Shown here one piece after another: positions 8,417 through 17,301 of a stretch of DNA of 64,000 nt; positions within the stretch are counted from its first letter, which is position 1; every line of letters starts with the position of its first letter. This DNA is from Actinomycetes bacterium (GTDB lineage: Bacteria; Actinomycetota; Actinomycetes; S36-B12). The position numbers and the translations under genes were made by a program. The stretch spans positions 65,199 to 129,198 of the forward strand of contig OZ245718.1 in NCBI GenBank assembly GCA_965227045.1, in the 5' to 3' direction. The notes beneath the pieces are model-generated. The model was given only the letters and a program-made list of their open reading frames with translations, had not been told where the DNA came from and searched no databases.

Positions 8417-9646
8417 ATGCCCTCGCGTGACTTCTCCTTCGATGTCACGGATCGATTGGGCGACGACCCGAGCGGCCGACCATCGATGGGACGCGCCGGC
8501 ATCATCACCACACCGCATGGACCACTGCGCACGCCCGCGTTCACTCCGGTGGGTACCAAGGCAACGGTGAAGTCGGTGGTGCCCGAGGCGATGCGCGAGG
8601 TCGGCGCGCAGGTCATCCTCGCGAACGCCTACCACCTGTACCTCCAGCCAGGGGCCGATGTCGTCGACGAGGCAGGTGGGCTGGCCGCCTTCATGAACTG
8701 GGACGGTCCGACCATCACGGACAGCGGTGGCTTCCAGGTCCTGTCGCTGGGGGTGGGGTTCAAGAAGATCCTCGCGATGGATGCACGCACGGTGCGCTCG
8801 GACGACGTGATCGCGGAGGGCAAGGACCGCCTGGCCCACGTCGACGACGACGGGGTGACCTTCAAGTCCCACCTCGACGGCTCCCTGCACCGGTTCACCC
8901 CCGAGGTGTCGATGTCCGTGCAGCATCAGATTGGCGCCGACATCATCTTCGCGTTCGACGAGTGCACCACCCTGCTCAACACCCGCGAGTACCAGGAGCG
9001 TTCCGTCGCACGGACCCAGGCGTGGGCCGAGCGGTGCGTCGCGGAGCACGAGAAGCTCACTCGCGAGCGTGCGCACCGTCCTTACCAAGCGCTCTTCGCC
9101 GTCGTGCAGGGCGCTCAGTACGAGGACCTGCGTCGGCAGTCCGCTCGTGGCCTGGCGGCACTCGACGTCGATGGCTTCGGCATCGGCGGGGCGCTGGAGA
9201 AGGAGCGCCTCGGCGAGATCGTGCGCTGGGTCGTGGAGGAACTGCCCGAGAACCGCCCGCGCCACCTGCTTGGCATCGGTCAGGCCGACGACGTGTTTAC
9301 GGCGGTCGAGAACGGTGCGGACACGTTCGACTGCGTGGCGCCCTCGCGGAACGCGCGCAACGGGTCCGTCTATCACCGCGACCGACGATTCCACATCACG
9401 AACGGCGTCTACCGCCGCGACTTCAATCCGATCGACGACGCATGCGACTGCTACACCTGCCAGAACTACACCCGCGCGTACGTCCACCACCTGTTCCGCG
9501 CCAAGGAGATGCTCGCGTCGACGCTCGCGACGATCCACAACGAGCGCTACATCATCCGGCTGATCGATCGCGTGCGTGCGAGCATCGGCGCCGGGGACTT
9601 CTGGGCGATGCGCGATGAGGTCCTCGGCGCGCTAGGTGCTGGCTAG
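8417..9646 (+). CDS. tgt: tRNA-guanine(34) transglycosylase (queuine/preQ1 tRNA-ribosyltransferase)
   Basis: Motifs ANAYHLYLQPG and DSGGFQV are present, along with the Zn site CDCYTCQNYTRAYVHHL. I took the ATG at 8417 as the start; a TTG at 8405 is also possible. Confidence 0.93.
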   Translation: MPSRDFSFDVTDRLGDDPSGRPSMGRAGIITTPHGPLRTPAFTPVGTKATVKSVVPEAMREVGAQVILANAYHLYLQPGADVVDEAGGLAAFMNWDGPTITDSGGFQVLSLGVGFKKILAMDARTVRSDDVIAEGKDRLAHVDDDGVTFKSHLDGSLHRFTPEVSMSVQHQIGADIIFAFDECTTLLNTREYQERSVARTQAWAERCVAEHEKLTRERAHRPYQALFAVVQGAQYEDLRRQSARGLAALDVDGFGIGGALEKERLGEIVRWVVEELPENRPRHLLGIGQADDVFTAVENGADTFDCVAPSRNARNGSVYHRDRRFHITNGVYRRDFNPIDDACDCYTCQNYTRAYVHHLFRAKEMLASTLATIHNERYIIRLIDRVRASIGAGDFWAMRDEVLGALGAG

Positions 9647-10354
9647 CTCACTGTAGGTCGGCTCTCGCTTCTTGACCGCTGCGATCACCCGGTAGGTGAT
9701 CGGCAGCAGGATGACCTCGAGGAGCACCTTGTAGACGTAGCCGTAGAAGACGTACTTGGCGAACTCGCTGCCGGTGATGACGCCGTAGAAGGCGATCGTG
9801 CAGAACACCACCGTGTCCGCCAGTTCGCCTACAACCGTGGAGCCGATGAGGCGCAGCCACAGCGCCTTCTCCTTCGTCCGTTCCTTGATCTTCACGAGAA
9901 CGTACGCGTTCAGCAGCTGACCGACGAGATAGCCGCAGATGCTCGCGAGAACGATGCGCGGGACGAAGCCGAGTACGGCCTCGAAGGCCTCCTGGTTTCC
10001 CCATCCCTCAGCTTCCGGGGAGATCTGGACGAGCCAGAACGTGATCGCGGCGAGGATCGCCATCGCGAAGCCGATGAAGATCGCCTTGCGCGCGGCGCGC
10101 AGGCCGTAGACCTCGCTGAGCACGTCGCCCACGATGTAGGTGAGCGGGAAGAGGAAGGCGCCGCCGTCGGTGATGATCGGGCTGATGTCGAGGGGACCGA
10201 GGCTGATGTCGGGACCGAACTGGATCAACTTCACCGCGCCGATATTGGAGATGAGCAGGAGGCCGACGAACACGGCAACGATGACCGGATAGAGCCCCGT
10301 TCCGGTAGACGCGAAGTGCACGCGGTCGGTGGTCTTGGTGCTCGGGCTGCTCAT
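9632..10354 (-). CDS. yhhQ: Queuosine-precursor transporter, YhhQ/VUT (DUF165) family
   Basis: Polytopic membrane protein with the motifs ITDGGAFLFPLTYIVGDVLSEVYG and VVGELADTVVF typical of YhhQ. It is convergent with tgt and the 3' ends overlap by 15 bp. Confidence 0.85.
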   Translation of the reverse strand: MSSPSTKTTDRVHFASTGTGLYPVIVAVFVGLLLISNIGAVKLIQFGPDISLGPLDISPIITDGGAFLFPLTYIVGDVLSEVYGLRAARKAIFIGFAMAILAAITFWLVQISPEAEGWGNQEAFEAVLGFVPRIVLASICGYLVGQLLNAYVLVKIKERTKEKALWLRLIGSTVVGELADTVVFCTIAFYGVITGSEFAKYVFYGYVYKVLLEVILLPITYRVIAAVKKREPTYSELAST

Positions 10355-10452
10355 GGTGCGCAATTGAACCGCCTGACTGACACACCTCGGTGGCAGGGTC
10401 GGGTCGCGGCGGTTGGACTTACCGCGTCAGACACGAACTCAGGAGAACCGCG

Positions 10453-10929
10453 ATGGCATCGACCGACTTTGACTTCGTCATCGGCACGTGGGCGGTCGCC
10501 AACCGCAAGCGGGCCGACATGCTCGATCCGGAGTGCACCGAGTGGCTCGAGTTCGCCTCGACCGGCGAGCACCGACTGCTGCCCGGTGGTGCCGGGAACA
10601 TCGAGACGTACGAGTCGCACGAGATGCCAGGACTGGGCGAGTTCCACGGGCTGGCCCTGCGGCTGTACGACCCGGCAACGGACCTGTGGCGCATCTGGTG
10701 GTCCTCGTCCGCGGCGCCCGGCCGGCTCGATCCGCCGATGGAGGGGAGATTCGACGGAGCGCGAGGCGACTTCCGCACCGATGACGTGGTCAACGGCACG
10801 CCGGTGCGGGTTCGGTTCCTGTGGGACGACCTCGGCCCGACGCAGGCGCGCTGGCAGCAGGCCTTCTCCCACGACGGTGGCCAGACCTGGGACACCAACT
10901 GGATCATGGACATGACCCGCCTCGCCTAG
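10453..10929 (+). CDS. Hypothetical soluble protein (possibly DUF1579-like)
   Basis: 158 aa. A good SD (AGGAGA) lies 6 nt upstream of the ATG. It is Trp-rich (FVIGTWAV...WRIWWSS...RFLWDD...WIMDM). The family assignment is tentative. Confidence 0.6.
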   Translation: MASTDFDFVIGTWAVANRKRADMLDPECTEWLEFASTGEHRLLPGGAGNIETYESHEMPGLGEFHGLALRLYDPATDLWRIWWSSSAAPGRLDPPMEGRFDGARGDFRTDDVVNGTPVRVRFLWDDLGPTQARWQQAFSHDGGQTWDTNWIMDMTRLA

Positions 10930-10930
10930 A

Positions 10931-11024
10931 CCCGAATTGAACCGCCTCCCGGGCCAAATCCGGGTTTGGTGGCCGTTCTGAGGCAGATTCTGCGGATTTG
11001 ACCCGGAAGGCGGTTCAATTCGGG
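10931..11024. repeat. 94-bp near-perfect inverted repeat (32-nt arms, 30-nt spacer)
   Basis: The left arm is CCCGAATTGAACCGCCTCCCGGGCCAAATCCG (10931-10962). The right arm (10993-11024) pairs at 30 of 32 positions. It sits between the stop of the 10453-10929 gene and the 3' end of tRNA-Arg, so it is plausibly a bidirectional terminator or a MITE-like element. Confidence 0.7.
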
Positions 11025-11031
11025 ACGGGCA

Positions 11032-11107
11032 TGGTGCCCCCGGGGAGATTCGAACTCCCGACCTTCGGTACCGGAAACCGGCGCTCTATCCCCTGAGCTA
11101 CGGGGGC
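11032..11107 (-). tRNA. tRNA-Arg (anticodon CCG), CCA encoded
   Basis: Cloverleaf folded by hand. Acceptor stem GCCCCCG/CGGGGGC, D arm GCTC-AGGGGATA-GAGC, anticodon arm CCGGT-TTCCGGT-ACCGA (one C.A mismatch at 27:43), T arm GGGAG-TTCGAAT-CTCCC, and a 3' ACCA. Confidence 0.9.
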
Positions 11108-11176
11108 TCGGGACTGGACAGGCTACCAGCGCGCTGCGAGCCGCTGATCGCGTGCGCCGTCCGCAAGGATGACCCC

Positions 11177-12049
11177 GTGACGGTCCGCGCGAAGGAGCTG
11201 GTGCAGTGGGGCAAGCGCCTGGGCGGGGACCTGCGACGCACTCGCGCATCGTTGGCCGCCGGCGGCCTCGCGTACTTCGTGGCGCTGTCCATAGCGCCCG
11301 CCGCCATCGCGCTCGGCTCGATCGCGGGACTGTTCCTCGAACCGCAGGACGTGCGCGACGCGCTCGAGTCCCTGGCCGAACGCACGCCGGGCACGAACGA
11401 GCACACGCAGTCCGCGATCAACGTGCTCGTCGGGCTGGTGGAGAGCTCCTCGGCGAGCGCGTTCACGGTGACGACCGTCGTGAGTGTGCTGCTCGCGATC
11501 TACGCATCGTCGAAGGTTGTCCTCGGCACCCGCATGGCGATGAACAGCGCGTTCGGCGTGGTCGAGACACGCTCGGGGCTCGTCGAGCGCGGCATCTCTG
11601 CGGTCATCACCCTCGTCGGTTTGGTCGTCGCGGTCGGGCTGGTGATCGTGCTGACCGTCGTCCCTCGGATCCTCGACTGGCTCGGCGCCGGCGCGATCAC
11701 CACCTCCACGGGCAGTGGGCCGGTCGACTGGCTGATCATCCTCGTGCTCGTGTATCTCTCGGTGCGGTGGCTCATCCACCACGCTCCCAATCGCGACCAG
11801 CGCGTTCCGTGGACTGCGCCGGGACCGATTCTCGCGGCGCTGTGGATCGTCGGCGTAACCGGCGGGGTGGGGATCTACGCCCACTTCTCATCGAGCCTGG
11901 GTGCTGCGGTGCTCGTGCTCGGCACCGCGGTCGTGGTGCTCCTGTGGCTGTACCTGTGCTTCCTCGGACTGCTGTGGGGAGCCGCGATAGAGGCAGACCG
12001 GCAGAACCGACTCGCTACGACGAGAACCAGCGAGGCGGACCAGCGATGA
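11177..12049 (+). CDS. YihY/virulence factor BrkB family membrane protein
   Basis: 290 aa. The N-terminal segment LAAGGLAYFVALSIAPAAIAL and multiple TM segments are typical of the YihY family. Confidence 0.8.
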   Translation: MTVRAKELVQWGKRLGGDLRRTRASLAAGGLAYFVALSIAPAAIALGSIAGLFLEPQDVRDALESLAERTPGTNEHTQSAINVLVGLVESSSASAFTVTTVVSVLLAIYASSKVVLGTRMAMNSAFGVVETRSGLVERGISAVITLVGLVVAVGLVIVLTVVPRILDWLGAGAITTSTGSGPVDWLIILVLVYLSVRWLIHHAPNRDQRVPWTAPGPILAALWIVGVTGGVGIYAHFSSSLGAAVLVLGTAVVVLLWLYLCFLGLLWGAAIEADRQNRLATTRTSEADQR

Positions 12050-12314
12050 AAGCCGCGATGAAGGCGGCGAAGGCGCCGCCGATCCCGGCCGAGACCGCGC
12101 TCGTGAACGGCAGGATCAAGCCGACGAACCACGCGGCCACGCCCAGGCTCACTCCGGCGATCGCGGCGAACGCGAATCGGCCACCGCCCGCCTGAGGCTC
12201 ATTGCGCCGCGCGGCCGACTTGCCCGACCCCTTCGCGACGTCCGAGGAGGATGCGGGCTGCCCCGTGTTCCCGTTGATCTCGCGGAGCAGCTTCTCGATC
12301 TCGTCCTCGGCCAT
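12015..12314 (-). CDS. Small hypothetical membrane protein
   Basis: 99 aa from MAEDEIEKLL. The N-terminus is hydrophilic and is followed by two Gly/Ala-rich TM segments. The longer 209-aa ORF upstream of this ATG runs through the cspA terminator and is unlikely to be real. Confidence 0.5.
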   Translation of the reverse strand: MAEDEIEKLLREINGNTGQPASSSDVAKGSGKSAARRNEPQAGGGRFAFAAIAGVSLGVAAWFVGLILPFTSAVSAGIGGAFAAFIAAFIAGPPRWFSS

Positions 12315-12418
12315 GCAGCAATTGTGCCCCACTGGAACTTCGATGTTTAGGCCGTGTTTGGGCTGGGCATCACGCGCGTGCTGGCATCCGAGGTCGGGGG
12401 ACCACGGGTCGCCACAGC

Positions 12419-12450
12419 AGAAGGGCCCCGCCACGTGGCGGGGCCCTTCT
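12419..12450. terminator. Bidirectional intrinsic-terminator-like perfect palindrome downstream of cspA
   Basis: AGAAGGGCCCCGCCAC/GTGGCGGGGCCCTTCT is a perfect 32-nt palindrome. It lies 19 nt past the cspA stop. Confidence 0.7.
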
Positions 12451-12468
12451 GTACGTCGATGCTGCGGG

Positions 12469-12672
12469 TCAGCCGATACGGACCTTGTCGGCCTGCGGTC
12501 CCTTGGGGCCTTGGACGATCTCGAACTCGACGACCTGATTCTCGTCCAGCGAGCGGTAGCCGTCGGACTGGATTGCCGAGTAGTGGACGAAGACGTCCGG
12601 TCCGCCGTCGGCCTGGGCAATGAAGCCGTAGCCCTTCTCAGCATTGAACCACTTCACGGTTCCTTGAGCCAT
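12469..12672 (-). CDS. cspA: Cold-shock protein (CspA family)
   Basis: [18 protein letters not shown]...VFVHYSAI carries the RNP1/RNP2 motifs. 67 aa. Confidence 0.95.
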   Translation of the reverse strand: MAQGTVKWFNAEKGYGFIAQADGGPDVFVHYSAIQSDGYRSLDENQVVEFEIVQGPKGPQADKVRIG

Positions 12673-12897
12673 GATGCACATTCTCCTTGCCGGGACTTCA
12701 CCCCGGACGGTCGACCGGGACGCGGCCTAGCCGTTCAACCTCGTCCCGAATCTGTGCACATGCTCAGAGGATCAGATGCCTTGTCGTGCGTGCGGGCATC
12801 TCAGAACGGTGGTGCTGATCTGGCCTTGCCTGTGCGGATCGTACCCCGGCCGTGAGCAGGGCGGAATAGTTTTCTGGGCCGTCGATAGGCTCGTCCG

Positions 12898-14556
12898 GTG
12901 ACCCCCGATGAGCTCTCCGCGACCGTGTCCGACCTCGTGTCGAGGCTGCGGGACGAGCGCCTGATCGACGTCGACTCGCTGCCCGCCGTGCGCGTTGAGC
13001 GGCCGAAATCGCGCGAGCACGGCGACTACGCGACGAACGTGGCGCTGGCGCTCGCCAAGCAGGCGAACATGCCACCGCGTGAGCTCGCGGCCCTGCTCGC
13101 CGGGCGCCTTGCCGAGGTACCGGGCATTGCCAGCGCCGAGATCGCGGGACCGGGCTTCATCAACATCAGGCTCGACAGTGCCACGCAGGGCGAGCTCGCG
13201 CGGACGGTCGTCGAGGCGGGACCAGCGTGGGGACACGGCACGGCCCTGGCCGGACGGGTGGTCAACGTCGAGTTCATCTCGGCCAATCCCACCGGCCCCC
13301 TGCACCTGGGCCACACCAGATGGGCCGCAGTGGGAGACGCGATCGCGCGAGTACTCGCGGCCGCGGGCGCCGACGTGTCGACGGAGTTCTACATCAACGA
13401 CCGCGGCGTGCAGATGGAGCGGTTCGGGGACTCCGTGATGGAGGTCGCCCACGGTCGGCCGGTTCCCGCAGACGGCTATCACGGCGGCTACATCCTGGAT
13501 CTCGCCGCTCGCATCGTGGCCGAGCAGCCCGACATCCTCACCCTTCCGCACGACGAGCAGCGGCTGGCCTTCCGCGAGTCGGCGTACGCCCTCCAGCTCG
13601 CACAGCAGCGCGAGGTGCTGGAGCTGTTCCGCACGCACTTCGACGTCTGGTACTCCGAGCTGTCCCTGTACGAGTCCGGCGCGGTCGAGCGGGGCATGCA
13701 GAAGCTCCGGGACCAAGGACGCGTGTTCGAGGAGGGGGGCGCGGTCTGGCTGCGCACGTCCGACTTCGGCGACGACAAGGACCGGGTCCTCGTCAAGGCT
13801 GACGGCGAGAACACCTACTTCGCCGCCGACACCGCCTACTACGTCGACAAGCGCGCGCGCGGCTTCGACCTCGTCATCTACCTGCTCGGTGCCGACCACC
13901 ACGGGTACGTCAACCGGCTGCGCGCGGTCGCGGCATGCGCCGGCGACGACATGGACGCCAATATCGAGGTGCTCATCGGCCAGCTGGTGAAGATCGTGCG
14001 CGGCGACGAGGAGATCAAGCTCTCCAAGCGGGCCGGCACCATGGTGACTCTCGAGGAGCTCGTCGAGGAAGTCGGCGTCGACGCCGCGCGCTACTCGCTC
14101 ATTCGCTATCCGGTGGACTCTCCTCTGACGCTCGATCTCGAGGAGATCATCAAGGCGACGAGCGACAACCCGGTGTTCTACGTGCAGTACGCGCACGCAC
14201 GCATCGCGTCGGTGCTGCGCAACGCCGCCGAGCTGGGTATCGACTGGCGGGCCGCGGAGTTCGATCCAGCCCTGCTCGATCACGAGCGGGAGAACAACCT
14301 CCTGGGCATGCTCGCCGAGTTCCCACGCGTCGTGGCGACGGCTGCGGAGCTGCGCGAGCCGCACCGCGTCGCGCGCTACCTGGAGGACCTCGCCACGGCG
14401 TACCACCGGTTCTACGACGTGTGCTGGGTGCTGCCACGCGGCGACGAGGAACTCGCCGGGATCCACGTCGCGCGGCTGTGGCTGTGCGCGGCGTCGCGTC
14501 AGACGATCGCCAACGGCCTCGACCTCGTCGGCGTGAGCGCCCCCGACCGCATGTAG
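12898..14556 (+). CDS. argS: Arginine--tRNA ligase
   Basis: 552 aa. It has the class I HIGH-type motif PTGPLHLGH, a KMSK-like KLSKRAG, and a C-terminal DALR anticodon-binding region. Confidence 0.95.
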   Translation: MTPDELSATVSDLVSRLRDERLIDVDSLPAVRVERPKSREHGDYATNVALALAKQANMPPRELAALLAGRLAEVPGIASAEIAGPGFINIRLDSATQGELARTVVEAGPAWGHGTALAGRVVNVEFISANPTGPLHLGHTRWAAVGDAIARVLAAAGADVSTEFYINDRGVQMERFGDSVMEVAHGRPVPADGYHGGYILDLAARIVAEQPDILTLPHDEQRLAFRESAYALQLAQQREVLELFRTHFDVWYSELSLYESGAVERGMQKLRDQGRVFEEGGAVWLRTSDFGDDKDRVLVKADGENTYFAADTAYYVDKRARGFDLVIYLLGADHHGYVNRLRAVAACAGDDMDANIEVLIGQLVKIVRGDEEIKLSKRAGTMVTLEELVEEVGVDAARYSLIRYPVDSPLTLDLEEIIKATSDNPVFYVQYAHARIASVLRNAAELGIDWRAAEFDPALLDHERENNLLGMLAEFPRVVATAAELREPHRVARYLEDLATAYHRFYDVCWVLPRGDEELAGIHVARLWLCAASRQTIANGLDLVGVSAPDRM

Positions 14557-14575
14557 CGACGTCTCACCCCCGCGC

Positions 14576-14630
14576 GACCTTGAGGTTGGCGTGGAAACGC
14601 GGGTCGAAAACCCACGCCAACCTCAAGGTC
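14576..14630. repeat. Perfect 19-bp-stem hairpin in the argS-lysA spacer
   Basis: GACCTTGAGGTTGGCGTGG (14576-14594) pairs perfectly with CCACGCCAACCTCAAGGTC (14612-14630) around a 17-nt loop. No U-tract follows. Confidence 0.7.
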
Positions 14631-14666
14631 GGCGAGGTGGGTTGGGGTGTGCCCTAGCCTTGCGTC

Positions 14667-16082
14667 GTGCGCGCTCATCCGGCAGGACCCCGTCACGGCG
14701 ACGTCGTCGCGTCGACGGGTCCCACGCCGCGCCCCTCGTCCGGCGCCGAGCTCAACACGTTGTCGCACGGCATCTGGCCGTCGAGTGCTATCCGTAACGT
14801 CCACGGCGCGATCGAGATCGGCGGCGTCGACGTCCGCGATGCGGTCGAGGCCTACGGCTCGCCGCTGTTCTTGTTCGACGAGGCCGATCTGCGCAGTCGC
14901 GCACGCCAGTACCGCGCGGCCTACGTCGACTCCGGAGCGCGACTGGTCTATTACGCGGCAAAGGCCTTCCTGGCGACGACAGTCGCACGCTGGGTGACCG
15001 AGGAGGGGCTGGGCATCGACGTTGCCTCCGGCGGCGAACTCGCGGTCGCGCTCCGCGCCGGCGTTCCCGGTGACCGGCTGCTGATGCACGGCAACAACAA
15101 GTCGATGACCGAGATCGAGGCGGCCATCGCCGCCGGTGTCGGCCGGATCGTCGTGGACTCCTTCGAGGACATAGTCCGTATCGCGGATGCCGCTGGTCGC
15201 GCGGGCATCGTGCAGCCGGTACTCGTCCGGGTGACGGTGGGAGTCGAGGCGCACACGCACGAGTTCATCGCAACCGCGCACGAGGATCAGAAGTTCGGGC
15301 TGTCCGTATCGTCGGGCGCCGCGGCCGAGGCGGTCCGTCGTATTGCCAAGCTCCCGACTCTTGCGCTCGTGGGCCTGCACTCGCACATCGGCTCGCAGAT
15401 CTTCGATGCCGCGGGCTTCGAGGTATCAGCAGCCCGGGTCGTCTCCTTCGCGCAGCACCTGTGGGACGAGCAGGGCATCGAGATCGAGGAGATGAACCTC
15501 GGCGGCGGCATGGGCATCGCGTACGTCGACGGGGACGACCCGCTCGACGTCACCGACATGGCCCATCAGATCGGCGACATCGTGGGCAAGGAGTGTGCGG
15601 CCGTCGGGATTCCCATGCCTGCGCTCGCCTTCGAGCCCGGTCGAGCCATCGTCGGCCCAGCGGCCGTCACGGTCTACGAGGTCGGCACGGTGAAGCCGGT
15701 CGAGATCGGCAACGGCGTGATCCGCACCTATGTGTCCGTCGACGGTGGAATGAGCGACAACATCCGCACCGCGTTGTACGACGCTGACTACACCGTGACC
15801 CTCGCCTCCCGTGAGTCCTCGGCCGAGCCGGCGCTGTGTCGCGTCGTGGGAAAGCACTGCGAGTCCGGCGATGTGGTCGTGCGCGACGCATGGCTGCCCT
15901 CGGACCTTGCGCCGGGCGACCTGCTCGCGGTTGCGGCCACCGGCGCGTACTGCCGGTCGATGGCGTCGAACTACAACTACCTGCCGCGACCTGCCGTGGT
16001 GTCGGCGAAGGATGCGGTGCTCAGCGTGGTGCTCCGGCGGGAGACGGTCGACGACCTGCTCGCCCTCGATCCGGGCGCCTGA
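14667..16082 (+). CDS. lysA: Diaminopimelate decarboxylase
   Basis: The N-terminal HPAGPRH motif is present, followed by YGSPLFLFDE and an overall PLP-dependent Orn/DAP/Arg decarboxylase pattern (EPGRAIVG, CESGD). Confidence 0.93.
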   Translation: MRAHPAGPRHGDVVASTGPTPRPSSGAELNTLSHGIWPSSAIRNVHGAIEIGGVDVRDAVEAYGSPLFLFDEADLRSRARQYRAAYVDSGARLVYYAAKAFLATTVARWVTEEGLGIDVASGGELAVALRAGVPGDRLLMHGNNKSMTEIEAAIAAGVGRIVVDSFEDIVRIADAAGRAGIVQPVLVRVTVGVEAHTHEFIATAHEDQKFGLSVSSGAAAEAVRRIAKLPTLALVGLHSHIGSQIFDAAGFEVSAARVVSFAQHLWDEQGIEIEEMNLGGGMGIAYVDGDDPLDVTDMAHQIGDIVGKECAAVGIPMPALAFEPGRAIVGPAAVTVYEVGTVKPVEIGNGVIRTYVSVDGGMSDNIRTALYDADYTVTLASRESSAEPALCRVVGKHCESGDVVVRDAWLPSDLAPGDLLAVAATGAYCRSMASNYNYLPRPAVVSAKDAVLSVVLRRETVDDLLALDPGA

Positions 16083-16089
16083 ACGACAG

Positions 16090-17220
16090 CTACTTCTTGC
16101 GGCCCGTCTTGCCGTGCTTGTCGGTGACCTTTACCTGAACGGTCACCGTTGATTCCGATTTCCGCTTCGACTTGCCCTTCGCCTTCTGGGCTTTGCGCTT
16201 CTTGTCCTTGGCCTTCGCGTTCTTACTCGTGTCCTTTGCCTTCTTCTTCGGCGCGTCCGGCCTCCCTGCTGCTCCGCTGAATGCCGACGCGTGGCGCGCC
16301 GGGGCGACCTCCCGTCGCAGCGGGAATGGCGAGGGGGCTGGTGCCGGCGGGAACGGAGCGACCACGCGAGTTGCGGGCTGGGCGACCCGGGTCGAGGTCA
16401 GAACCGACCGAGGCGGGAGTGGCTTCGAGGTCGTGGACTCAACGGAAGCGAACACGAGTGGTCGAGACTCCTCGGGAACCTCGGCCTGCGGCAGGTCGAT
16501 CTCCAGCGGATCCGACTCGGCCTCCACCACCGGCTCGGGATCTCCCGCGACCACCGGCTCAGGCTCGGGCTCTGGCGCGACCGCGGGCTCGGGCTCGGGG
16601 TCAGGCCCGAGATCGGGCTCGGGGATGACCATCGGTCGCGGCGCCACCGCGACAGGAGCAACCGGCGGCGCAGGCGTGACGGCGGCGCGAGCGGGAGCCG
16701 CGGTCGCGAGCACGAGGTGGCCCGGCGTGGCGAAGATCGCGACGAGGGCGGCGCCAAGCAGGGGCGTGGCCAGGAGCAGGACCGACAGCAGCCCGGCGAT
16801 GAGGAGATCGAGCATGACCAGGCCGGTGCCATCCACGGTGGTCGTGCTCGGACTGAGGGAGATGTCCAGACCGGTCGCCCATGGCACGAAGAAGTAGAGG
16901 GCGACGCCGGCGCCGATCGCTCCAATCGCCTGCCCGATCCACGAGTCGACGGCCGTGTCGATGGCAACGGAGCGGCGCCTAGCGAGCGCAAACGTCACTG
17001 CTGGGCGCAGGTGGATACGGGAGAAGGGCCCAACCGAGGCGGCGACGCCGAGCAGCACGAGGCCGGCGACGCACAAGCCCGCCATGACGCTGGTACCGGG
17101 AGATACGCCCGGCAGTCCGACCTTCGCGGCGACGGCGATGACGGCACCCCCGACGGCCAAGAAGACGAGGAGGAACGCGCCCACGCATTCGGCGATGAGC
17201 GTTCGGATGTTCGTCGACAC
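16090..17220 (-). CDS. Truncated MIP/aquaporin paralogue (degenerate first NPA box, no second NPA box) fused to a Pro/Glu-rich spacer and a Lys-rich C-terminal tail
   Basis: It aligns to the adjacent aqpZ through about TM1-TM5. Loop B reads HLRPAVT instead of HVNPAVT. It continues with PEPDLGPDPEPEPAVAPEPEPEPVV and KKKAKDTSKNAKAKDKKRKAQKAKGKSKRKS. The GTG at 17220 aligns with the aqpZ ATG, and an SD (GAGAGGA) lies upstream. GC3 stays high through the tail. Confidence 0.6.
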   Translation of the reverse strand: MSTNIRTLIAECVGAFLLVFLAVGGAVIAVAAKVGLPGVSPGTSVMAGLCVAGLVLLGVAASVGPFSRIHLRPAVTFALARRRSVAIDTAVDSWIGQAIGAIGAGVALYFFVPWATGLDISLSPSTTTVDGTGLVMLDLLIAGLLSVLLLATPLLGAALVAIFATPGHLVLATAAPARAAVTPAPPVAPVAVAPRPMVIPEPDLGPDPEPEPAVAPEPEPEPVVAGDPEPVVEAESDPLEIDLPQAEVPEESRPLVFASVESTTSKPLPPRSVLTSTRVAQPATRVVAPFPPAPAPSPFPLRREVAPARHASAFSGAAGRPDAPKKKAKDTSKNAKAKDKKRKAQKAKGKSKRKSESTVTVQVKVTDKHGKTGRKK

Positions 17221-17301
17221 GTGCACTTTCCTCTCGGTCAGCAGGTGGTGAGCGAGGAGCCGGCCCACGAACGCAGCAGCATCCGTGGGCCGGCTCGACG
17301 A

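Noticed and set aside
10355-10452. Possible preQ1 riboswitch upstream of yhhQ (a GGTTC-containing motif right before the start codon)
   Set aside because: I could not fold the compact P1 hairpin and A-rich tail (…AAAAAACUA…) characteristic of preQ1-I. The 89-bp spacer must also hold two divergent promoters. The similarity is limited to GGTTC.
10931-11107. Integrated mobile element at tRNA-Arg
   Set aside because: No integrase, excisionase or other mobile genes flank the tRNA. The repeated 13-mer does not overlap the tRNA 3' end, as att sites normally do. The flanked region holds a single small gene.
16500-16640. Short tandem repeats (GGCTCGGG-type here; AACCGCAATGACCGC-type at 22195-22240) as candidate CRISPR or VNTR loci
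   Set aside because: Both sets are in-frame low-complexity coding sequence (PEPEP and NRNDR). The repeats are degenerate, have no spacers of unique sequence and have no cas genes nearby.
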